Part shown: piece by piece, positions 56,795-64,000 of the stretch
Numbering within the stretch: position 1 is the stretch's first letter
Layout of the letters: each line of letters begins with the position of its first letter
Translations under genes and position numbers: made by a program
Notes under the pieces: generated by a model
Told to the model about the DNA's origin: nothing
What the model saw: only the letters and a program-made list of their open reading frames with translations
Database searches by the model: none
Origin: a bacterium
GTDB lineage: Bacteria; Bacteroidota; Bacteroidia; Bacteroidales; UBA932
Direction of reading: 5' to 3'
DNA: 64,000 nucleotides
NCBI GenBank assembly: GCA_963640265.1
Contig: CAVHYF010000006.1
Location: 4,737-68,736 of the forward strand

Positions 56795-58147
56795 TCAGAC
56801 AATTTTGAAGAATCTGCGCCACCGTATGTTATCCGGGAACTTGCGGCCCGCGTCGGTGGAAAGCCATACCAGCGACGGCCTTCCGACGATGTGGTCCTCA
56901 GGAACGAAGCCCCAGTACCTTGAGTCCAGGGAATTGTGCCTGTTGTCTCCCATCATGAAATAGTAGTCCTGCGCGAAAGTGTAGCTTGACGCTTCCTTCC
57001 CGTCAATGAATATCCTCCCGTCGGATTCAACCTTCAGGCTGTGGCCCTCATAGACGGAGATGATCCTTTCGTAAAGGGGAAGGTTCTCCTGCGTGAGGTC
57101 AACGGTCGATCCCTTGGCCGGAATCCACAGCGGTCCGTAGTAGTCGCGGGTCCACTTGAAATTATCGGTGAAAGGGAAAAGGCTGAGGTACGAGTCCGGA
57201 TAGTCCGGCGGATACACGTCCAGGTTCGGCTGAATCTCCGCAACCGACGGGCATCCCTTGATCTCTTCCAGCATCGAGGCGGTCAGCGGCATCATCGGAT
57301 AGCCCGGCATCGACGGATCGAAATCGAGTTCCCTGATGTTCAGGCCCAACTTCTCGATGATTCTCGTGTTGAGCTTCTGACCTGTGGTCCTGACGGCGTA
57401 TGAAAGCTGGACTCCGGGATAGACTTCCTGCTGCTCGCCGTTGATGAAGACAAGTCCGTCCACGACCGAGAGAGTGTCACCCGGAACGGCGACGCATCTC
57501 TTGACATAGTGGTCCTTCTTGTCAACCGGCCTGACTTTCAGCGGGCCGCCGTTGGCGAGAGTGAAGTCCCTTCCTGCCTTTCTGACCCAGGAGTAGTAGT
57601 CCTCCGACGGGAAACGGCTCAGCACCGTGTCACCGTTCGGGAAGTTGAACACTACGCAGTCACCTCTCCTGACGCTCCTGAAACCCTTCAGACGGCGGTA
57701 GTCATTCTGGATGAGAGTCGAATACGACTCCTTGCCGAAGATCACGTTGTGAGTGAACGGAATCGTGAGCGGAGTGCGCGGAACCTGCGGTCCGTAGGCC
57801 AGCTTGCTGACGAAAAGATGGTCTCCCGTGAAGAGAGTGCTTTCCATCGACGATGAAGGAATCTTGAAGGCCTGGAAGAAGAAAATATTGATGAACGTCA
57901 CGACGACAACGGCGAAGATGATGGCATCGAGCCAGTCCAGCCAGACGTTGCGCTTCTCCCCTTCCTTGTACTCCTTCTTCCAGAACATCCACTTCACCTT
58001 GCGGGTGATGTGGTGGTCGAAGATGACGGCAAGGCCGAAGAGCCACCAATAGTTTCCGAGCCAGATCACCCACAGCACATAGAGAACGGACCAGAAGCCC
58101 ATCCTCACCCATCTGTTGTGGTATATTTCCCTCAAGCTCACTTTCAA
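56795..58147 (-). CDS. lepB: Signal peptidase I (TTG start)
   Basis: IPSSSMESTL, VVFNFP, YVKRC, MMGDNRHNSLDSRYWGFVP. Confidence 0.94.
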   Translation of the reverse strand: MKVSLREIYHNRWVRMGFWSVLYVLWVIWLGNYWWLFGLAVIFDHHITRKVKWMFWKKEYKEGEKRNVWLDWLDAIIFAVVVVTFINIFFFQAFKIPSSSMESTLFTGDHLFVSKLAYGPQVPRTPLTIPFTHNVIFGKESYSTLIQNDYRRLKGFRSVRRGDCVVFNFPNGDTVLSRFPSEDYYSWVRKAGRDFTLANGGPLKVRPVDKKDHYVKRCVAVPGDTLSVVDGLVFINGEQQEVYPGVQLSYAVRTTGQKLNTRIIEKLGLNIRELDFDPSMPGYPMMPLTASMLEEIKGCPSVAEIQPNLDVYPPDYPDSYLSLFPFTDNFKWTRDYYGPLWIPAKGSTVDLTQENLPLYERIISVYEGHSLKVESDGRIFIDGKEASSYTFAQDYYFMMGDNRHNSLDSRYWGFVPEDHIVGRPSLVWLSTDAGRKFPDNIRWRRFFKIV

Positions 58148-58151
58148 GACG

Positions 58152-58496
58152 CTATTTTACAGAATTGACGATTGCTTCGAACGCCTGCGGATTGTTCATC
58201 GCGAGGTCGGCGAGAACCTTGCGGTTGAGGCCGATGTTCTGCTTTGCGAGCCTGCCGATGAACTGCGAGTAGGTGAGACCGTACTGACGTGCGGCCGCGT
58301 TGATTCTCTGGATCCAGAGAGCGCGGAAAGTGCGCTTCTTGTTCTTACGGTCGCGATAAGCGTAGGTAAGACCCTTCTCGTAAGTGTTCTTTGCTACTGT
58401 CCAGACATTCTTTCTGGAAAGGAAGTTACCGCGGGTTCTCTTGAGAATCTTCTTGCGGCGGGCCCTGGAGGCCACTGAATTTACTGATCTTGGCAT
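58152..58496 (-). CDS. rplT: 50S ribosomal protein L20
   Basis: [34 protein letters not shown]. Confidence 0.97.
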   Translation of the reverse strand: MPRSVNSVASRARRKKILKRTRGNFLSRKNVWTVAKNTYEKGLTYAYRDRKNKKRTFRALWIQRINAAARQYGLTYSQFIGRLAKQNIGLNRKVLADLAMNNPQAFEAIVNSVK

Positions 58497-58574
58497 AATC
58501 TGATCTTTTTTCGGAGGCAGTGACCGCCCTTGCGGCGATTCTTTCTACTGCGTTCCAAGTTAAACATTAAAAAA

Positions 58575-58769
58575 CTACAGGACCAGAAGCTCTTTCACTC
58601 TCTTCACGTCAACCTGTTCAAGGATTGCGAAGTGATCCAGATTTCTCTTGCGCTTCTTGGTCTTCTTTGTGAGGATGTGGCTGTGGTAAGCGTGCTTCCT
58701 CTTGATTTTTCCCGATCCGGTAAGCGCGAAGCGCTTTTTGGCACCGGAGTTGGTCTTAAGCTTTGCCAT
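58575..58769 (-). CDS. rpmI: 50S ribosomal protein L35
   Basis: [18 protein letters not shown]. Confidence 0.97.
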   Translation of the reverse strand: MAKLKTNSGAKKRFALTGSGKIKRKHAYHSHILTKKTKKRKRNLDHFAILEQVDVKRVKELLVL

Positions 58770-58815
58770 TGTTTTGAATAATTAAACTGTTAATATTGTT
58801 TCCGCTTCCAGCGGA

Positions 58816-59448
58816 TCATTTCTTCTTTACAGGAGCGATCATCATCGTCATCCTCTTGCCTTCCAGCGACGGCATATTCTCGGCCCTTCCGTAGTTCTCG
58901 AGCTCGACCGCGAAGCGCAGAAGCTGCTTCTCGCCCTGGTCTGCGAACATTATGGAACGTCCCCTGAAGAAAATCGTCGCCTTCACCTTGGAGCCTTCCT
59001 CGAGGAATTCCTGGGCGTGCTTGAGCTTGAACTGGAAGTCGTGCTCATCGGTGTTCGGCCCGAAGCGGATCTCCTTGATCACAACCTTGGACGCATTCTG
59101 CTTCATCTCCTTGGCCTTCTTCCTCTGCTGATAGAGGTACTTCTGATAGTCAAGGATCTTGCACACCGGAGGATCGGCCTTAGCGCTGATTTCGACAAGG
59201 TCAAGTTCCTGTTCGTCCGCCATCTTCAACGCCTTGGCAATCGGATAGATGCCCGGCTCGGCGATGTTGTCGCCGACCAGACGGACCTGAGAAGCGGTTA
59301 TCTCCTCGTTGATGTTGAGTTCGTCATCCGCCTTCTGACGGACAAACGTACGCTGGCCGCGAGCCCCTGCGGGCTTCGGACCGGAATTAGGCTTGGACCC
59401 TGTGGAAGGTCTGGGACCTCCGTAGTGCGGTTTCGGCTTGTAAGGCAT
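58816..59448 (-). CDS. infC: Translation initiation factor IF-3
   Basis: [34 protein letters not shown]. Confidence 0.96.
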   Translation of the reverse strand: MPYKPKPHYGGPRPSTGSKPNSGPKPAGARGQRTFVRQKADDELNINEEITASQVRLVGDNIAEPGIYPIAKALKMADEQELDLVEISAKADPPVCKILDYQKYLYQQRKKAKEMKQNASKVVIKEIRFGPNTDEHDFQFKLKHAQEFLEEGSKVKATIFFRGRSIMFADQGEKQLLRFAVELENYGRAENMPSLEGKRMTMMIAPVKKK

Positions 59449-59495
59449 TCTAAAGTCTTTAAATCTCTCCTTTTATTTTATATGGTGGAAGGTCC

Positions 59496-61454
59496 CTACT
59501 CCAGTTCCTTAGCCGTCTCGGCCTTGAACCAGGCAACGAAATCTTCCGTCTTCATCGTGCCTGCATCGGCGCCTTCCCTTCTGACAGAGACGGTGCCTTC
59601 GGCAACTTCCTTTTCTCCTACGATGACAAGAACCGGAACCCTCAACAGAGAAATCTCGCGGATTCTCTTTCCGAGAGTCTCGTTCCTTGCATCCAAAGAA
59701 CTGCGAATATCGCAATTATTCAGCAAACTGCAAACTTTTTTTGCATATTCGGAATATTTCTCGCTGACTGGCAGCACCTTGACCTGGTCAGGGCTGAGCC
59801 AGAGAGGCAGATGTCCGCTGGTGTGTTCAAGCAGCACGGCCGTGAAGCGCTCGATGGACCCGAACGGCGCGCGGTGGATCATCACAGGACGCTTCTTGCT
59901 GCCGTCCGCGTCGGTATATTCAAGCTGGAACCTCTCAGGCAGGTTGTAGTCCACCTGGATGGTGCCGAGCTGCCACTTTCTTCCGATGGCGTCCTTGACC
60001 ATAAAGTCGAGCTTAGGACCGTAGAAGGCGGCCTCGCCGTATTCGACGACAGTCTTCAGACCCTTCTCGGCGGCCGCTTCGATGATGGCGTTCTCCGCCT
60101 TCTCCCAGTTCTCGTCGCTTCCGATGTACTTGGCCTTGTTGTCAGGGTCGCGGAGCGAAACCTGAGCCGTGTACTTGTCGAACTTGAAGATACGGAACAC
60201 ATAGAGAATAAGGTCGATGACCTTCTCGAACTCGCCCTTCAGCTGGTCAGGGGTAACGAACATATGCGCGTCGTCCTGAGTGAAGGAGCGGACTCTGGTA
60301 AGTCCGTGGAGCTCGCCGCTCTGCTCGTAGCGGTAAACGGTACCGAACTCGGCAAGCCTCAGAGGAAGATCCTTGTAGGACCTCGGAGATGAACGGAATA
60401 TCTCGCAGTGGTGAGGGCAGTTCATCGGTTTGAGCATATATTCCTCACCCTCCTGAGGAGTGTGGATAGGCTGGAAGGAGTCCTTGCCGTACTTGGCGTA
60501 GTGGCCGGAGGTCACATAGAGATCCTTGCCTCCGATGTGAGGGGTGACAACCGGCAGGTAACCGTACTCCTTCTGCTTCTTGCGGAGGAAGCTTTCAAGT
60601 TCATACCTCATCACGGAACCTCTCGGGAGCCAGAGCGGAAGGCCGAGTCCGACGCGTGACGAGAACGTGAACAGTTCCATCTCCTTGCCGAGCTTGCGGT
60701 GGTCGCGCTTCTTGGCCTCTTCGAGGAGGACAAGATATTCATCGAGCATCGACTTCTTCGGGAAGGTGATGCCGTAGATTCTGGTAAGCTGCTCGCGCTT
60801 CTCGTCGCCGCGCCAGTAGGCACCGGCCAGAGCGGTGAGCTTGACGGCCTTGATGACCTCGGTGCTGCGCAGATGAGGTCCGCGGCAGAGGTCGGTGAAA
60901 TGGCCGTTGGTGTAGTAGGTGATGTGACCGTCCTCAAGTTCGCTGATAAGTTCGCACTTGTACTTGTCGCCGGTCTCCTCGAAATGCTTCATCGCCTCGG
61001 CCTTGGAGACGTCCTGACGGACGAAGGCCTGCTTCTCGCGGGCAAGTTCGAGCATCCTTTTCTCTATCTTCGGGAAGTCGGCGTCGGTGAGCTGGCGGCC
61101 TCCGAGGTCGACGTCATAGTAGAATCCGTTCTCGACAGCCGGTCCGATGCCGAACTTCACGCCCGGGAACAGATCCTCGAGGGCTTCGGCCATAAGGTGG
61201 GAAGACGAGTGCCAGAAAACCCTCTTGGCCTCGTCGTCGTCCCACTTGAGCAGGACGATCGAGCTGTTTTCTTCGATAGGGCGGTTCAGGTCCATAGTGA
61301 CACCCTTGCCGATAGTCGTGTCCGTAGCGGGCTTGACCGCGATGGCGAGAACTTCCTCTGCAAGCCTCGGGCTGATGCTCCTGGCGATTTCGTAACCTGT
61401 TACGCCTTTCTCGAAGGCCCTGACGCTGCCGTCAGGAAATTTAATGTCAATCAT
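59496..61454 (-). CDS. thrS: Threonine--tRNA ligase
   Basis: [57 protein letters not shown]. Confidence 0.98.
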   Translation of the reverse strand: MIDIKFPDGSVRAFEKGVTGYEIARSISPRLAEEVLAIAVKPATDTTIGKGVTMDLNRPIEENSSIVLLKWDDDEAKRVFWHSSSHLMAEALEDLFPGVKFGIGPAVENGFYYDVDLGGRQLTDADFPKIEKRMLELAREKQAFVRQDVSKAEAMKHFEETGDKYKCELISELEDGHITYYTNGHFTDLCRGPHLRSTEVIKAVKLTALAGAYWRGDEKREQLTRIYGITFPKKSMLDEYLVLLEEAKKRDHRKLGKEMELFTFSSRVGLGLPLWLPRGSVMRYELESFLRKKQKEYGYLPVVTPHIGGKDLYVTSGHYAKYGKDSFQPIHTPQEGEEYMLKPMNCPHHCEIFRSSPRSYKDLPLRLAEFGTVYRYEQSGELHGLTRVRSFTQDDAHMFVTPDQLKGEFEKVIDLILYVFRIFKFDKYTAQVSLRDPDNKAKYIGSDENWEKAENAIIEAAAEKGLKTVVEYGEAAFYGPKLDFMVKDAIGRKWQLGTIQVDYNLPERFQLEYTDADGSKKRPVMIHRAPFGSIERFTAVLLEHTSGHLPLWLSPDQVKVLPVSEKYSEYAKKVCSLLNNCDIRSSLDARNETLGKRIREISLLRVPVLVIVGEKEVAEGTVSVRREGADAGTMKTEDFVAWFKAETAKELE

Positions 61455-61536
61455 ACAAAAACTAAAATAAATTGGTCTGACCAGTATTTACAGACCAAGT
61501 ACTTGAACTTGGCCAGCCATATTATTAGCCAAAGGG

Positions 61537-61565
61537 CAAAGGTACGAATAATTTTGCTAATTTTG
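61537..61565. promoter_or_regulatory. Divergent promoters for thrS (-) and the DUF4199 operon (+, duplicated element)
   Basis: TACCTTTG on - at 61537-61544; TAATTTTG twice on + at 61549-61556 and 61558-61565. Confidence 0.6.
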
Positions 61566-61629
61566 CATTCCGGAGCCGGAAGCGTTTTGATCCGGTACCC
61601 GAAATTGGCATTGTTTCCCGAAATCATCG

Positions 61630-62262
61630 ATGTTTATGAAGAAAGAGTTTTCCTCAGGGCTGTCTTGGAACAGCGCGGCGATAAGCGGCCTGGCGATGGC
61701 CGCAGGCACGGTAGCCCTTGACTATCTCGGCGGACTTGCCGGAAGCGCCGGCGGATTCTTCGGCACTTTTCTGGTCCTCGCGTCCAAGATTCTCAAGATC
61801 GCGGTCTGCGTCTGGCTTTTCCACAGCCTGATGGCCAGGTTCTACAACACCGTGGAGACCGACTATGCCTCGTTCCAGCGCTACGGCCTCAAGCTGGCTC
61901 TCTTTTCGTCCATTCTCGTGGCCGGATTCTCGCTGCTGCAGATGCTTGTGATCAGTCCGGAGGCATATTCGGAAATCGTCAACCAGACGATGGCAGGCTA
62001 CGAATCGATGCTCGACTCCAACACGAAGGCGGCGATGGAAGGAATGCTCGGAAAACTTCCGGCCATCACGTTCACATTCACCCTCGCCTACTGCTTCCTG
62101 TGGGGCTGGGTGCTTTCCACGACCTTCGCGAGAGCGGCCTTCCCGCCCGACGAGTTCGGTGACCGCGGAAGCAACGGCAACGGCGGAAGCAACGGCAACG
62201 GCTGGGACGGCGGTGACGGGAATGTCACGGACGGCAGCAACGAAGAGCCTGACAATCAATAA
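61630..62262 (+). CDS. Four-TM membrane protein, DUF4199-like
   Basis: Four hydrophobic segments, directly upstream of the GT2 gene; G/N-rich tail. Confidence 0.6.
   Translation: MFMKKEFSSGLSWNSAAISGLAMAAGTVALDYLGGLAGSAGGFFGTFLVLASKILKIAVCVWLFHSLMARFYNTVETDYASFQRYGLKLALFSSILVAGFSLLQMLVISPEAYSEIVNQTMAGYESMLDSNTKAAMEGMLGKLPAITFTFTLAYCFLWGWVLSTTFARAAFPPDEFGDRGSNGNGGSNGNGWDGGDGNVTDGSNEEPDNQ
62165..62202 (+). repeat. 18-bp tandem duplication encoding GSNGNG twice
   Basis: GCGGAAGCAACGGCAACG repeated twice. Confidence 0.8.
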
Positions 62263-62265
62263 TCT

Positions 62266-63237
62266 ATGAATATGGAATATTCAAAGGACCTTACCATAAT
62301 CATCCCTCTTCTTAACGAAGAAGAGTCGCTGCCGGAACTCCTGGCGTGGATCAGAAGCGTGATGAACGCAGGCGGCTACGCCTACGAAGTGATATTCGTC
62401 GATGACGGCAGCACCGACGGCTCCTGGGCGAAGATCAGAGAGTTCGCCGCCGGCGACGACAAGATCAAAGGAATATCCTTCCGCCGCAACTACGGCAAGT
62501 CCGCCGCCCTCTACGAAGGGTTCGCCAAGGCAGAAGGGCGCGTGGTGGTCACTATGGACGCCGACCTGCAGGACTCTCCGGAAGAGATTCCGGAAATGTA
62601 CCGGATGGTGGTCGAGGAAGGGTACGACGTCGTGTCGGGATGGAAGCAGCACCGGCAGGACAACAAGCTCACCAAGAACCTTCCTTCCAAACTGTACAAC
62701 GCCACGGCGCGGTGGATCACCGGCATAAAGCTGCACGACATGAACTGCGGCCTGAAAGCCTACAGGAACGAGGTTGTCAAGAACATTGAGGTGTACGGCG
62801 AGATGCACAGGTACATCCCGTACCTTGCCAAGAACGCCGGCTTCGGCAGAATCACGGAAAAGCCCGTCCATCACCAGAAAAGGAAATACGGCAAGAGCAA
62901 GTTCGGCCTGGAGCGTTTCGTGAACGGTTTCCTGGACCTCCTGTCCCTCTGGTTCCTCAGCACCTTCGGCAAGAAGCCGATGCACTTCTTCGGATTCTCC
63001 GGGCTGCTGATGTTCCTCATCGGTTTCGTGATGACGATATGGATCATCGCCGCCAAGCTTGTGCATCAGACGCAGGGGGTTCATTTCAGGGCTGTAACCG
63101 ACCAGCCTCTGTTCTACCTCGCAATGCTTGCCGTAGTGATCGGCGTAATGCTGTTCCTGGCAGGGTTCATCTGCGAGATGATCTCCCGCAACTCTTCCGA
63201 GAGGAACCGCTACAACATCAAGGACAGCATTGAATAA
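62266..63237 (+). CDS. GT2 family glycosyltransferase (ArnC/DPM-like) with C-terminal TMs
   Basis: IPLLNEE, VDDGSTD, RNYGKS, MDADLQD, VSGWK, DMNCGLK. Confidence 0.92.
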   Translation: MNMEYSKDLTIIIPLLNEEESLPELLAWIRSVMNAGGYAYEVIFVDDGSTDGSWAKIREFAAGDDKIKGISFRRNYGKSAALYEGFAKAEGRVVVTMDADLQDSPEEIPEMYRMVVEEGYDVVSGWKQHRQDNKLTKNLPSKLYNATARWITGIKLHDMNCGLKAYRNEVVKNIEVYGEMHRYIPYLAKNAGFGRITEKPVHHQKRKYGKSKFGLERFVNGFLDLLSLWFLSTFGKKPMHFFGFSGLLMFLIGFVMTIWIIAAKLVHQTQGVHFRAVTDQPLFYLAMLAVVIGVMLFLAGFICEMISRNSSERNRYNIKDSIE

Positions 63238-63246
63238 TCAAAGTTT

Positions 63247-64000
63247 ATGATTGTACTGAAATTCCAGCGCGGGCCTGCTGACGACCCGCTGTTCATCGAT
63301 AAGGTAAAGCGCATCGTCGAAGCCGCCGACGGCGAAGAGAAAGTCGTCGTCATCGACAAGGAATATGCCTCCCGCCTTCAGGGCGAAATCCCCGGGGCAG
63401 CCGTCAGAAATCCGCAGACCTACCTCGGAGGCCATCCGGAGGTCCTGCCGGAATGCAAGGTGGCGATCGTGCCGGCCTACATCCCGGACGGATTCAACAC
63501 GGGTGACTTCGGCAATCCCGGCAAGGGGGAAGGCGACTATCTGGCCAGCCTGATAGCCGCCGCAAACGATGCTGAAAGGCTTGAGATCTGGACTTACGCA
63601 GACGGCTTCACGACTGCGGACCCGAGATCGGTCAAGACGGCCTACGTCATCAAGGAGATGAGCTACCGCGAAGCGATGGAACTCTGCAACTTCGGCGTCA
63701 AGGTCATCTACTCCCCCGCCCTCTATCCGGTGAACGCCAAGGGGATTCCGCTGGTGATCAGGAACCTGGACAAGCCGGAAGGGACCGGCACGACCATCAC
63801 CAAGACCTGCGCGTCCGGCAAGGGGACCATCCGGGGAATCTCATCCATCGACGATGTCTGTCTGATTACCCTGTCGGGTACGTCAATGGCTGGACTCGTC
63901 GGAGTCAACTGCAGGATATTCACGGCTCTTGCCCTCGAACGCATCAGTGCCTTCCTGGTATGCCAGGCTGCGGCCGAGACGGGTATCTCCATCGGCGTGA
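63247..64000 (+). CDS. ThrA-like protein: degenerate aspartokinase domain plus ACT domain, runs off the window end
   Basis: My translation: MIVLKFQRGP...GKGEGDYLA...EIWTYADGFTTADPR...MSYREAMELCNFGVKVIY...GTTI...LSGTSMAGLVGVNCRIF; no stop before 64000. Confidence 0.8.
   Translation, partial: MIVLKFQRGPADDPLFIDKVKRIVEAADGEEKVVVIDKEYASRLQGEIPGAAVRNPQTYLGGHPEVLPECKVAIVPAYIPDGFNTGDFGNPGKGEGDYLASLIAAANDAERLEIWTYADGFTTADPRSVKTAYVIKEMSYREAMELCNFGVKVIYSPALYPVNAKGIPLVIRNLDKPEGTGTTITKTCASGKGTIRGISSIDDVCLITLSGTSMAGLVGVNCRIFTALALERISAFLVCQAAAETGISIGV

Noticed and set aside
62165..62202. GSNGNG tandem repeat as a contingency locus
   Set aside because: Only two in-frame copies in a disordered tail
1..64000. 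CRISPR arrays, transposases, defence systems, invertible promoters
   Set aside because: No repeat-spacer arrays, recombinases or recognisable defence domains seen

Overview
GC-rich chromosomal window from a Bacteroidales bacterium, shown by many TAnnTTTG -7 promoter elements and Bacteroidetes-type gene orders (uppS-bamA-skp, bamD-rpoZ, rpmB-rpmG-DUF4295-ftsY, thrS-infC-rpmI-rplT); I cannot fix the genus. It is mostly core genome: about 58 CDS and 4 tRNAs (His-GTG, Glu-TTC, Pro-CGG, Leu-CAG). I saw no CRISPR array, IS, integrase or prophage. Best leads: (1) two apparent pseudoenzymes, an M49 peptidase-like lipoprotein with HExxH changed to RExxH and a ThrA-like protein with a shortened aspartokinase domain lacking its catalytic motifs; (2) a purine/nucleotide uptake-salvage-reduction cluster (DUF5020, NCS2 permease, apt, class III RNR) with repeated motifs in its leaders; (3) an amidohydrolase-radical SAM-deoC trio behind pheT; (4) a Fur-like regulator without CxxC plus a perfect 11-3-11 palindrome and a structured leader before glnA; (5) candidate autoregulatory RNA structures before rplT and thrS, and tandem uORFs before nadK. 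All family calls come from motif recognition by eye; no searches were run.
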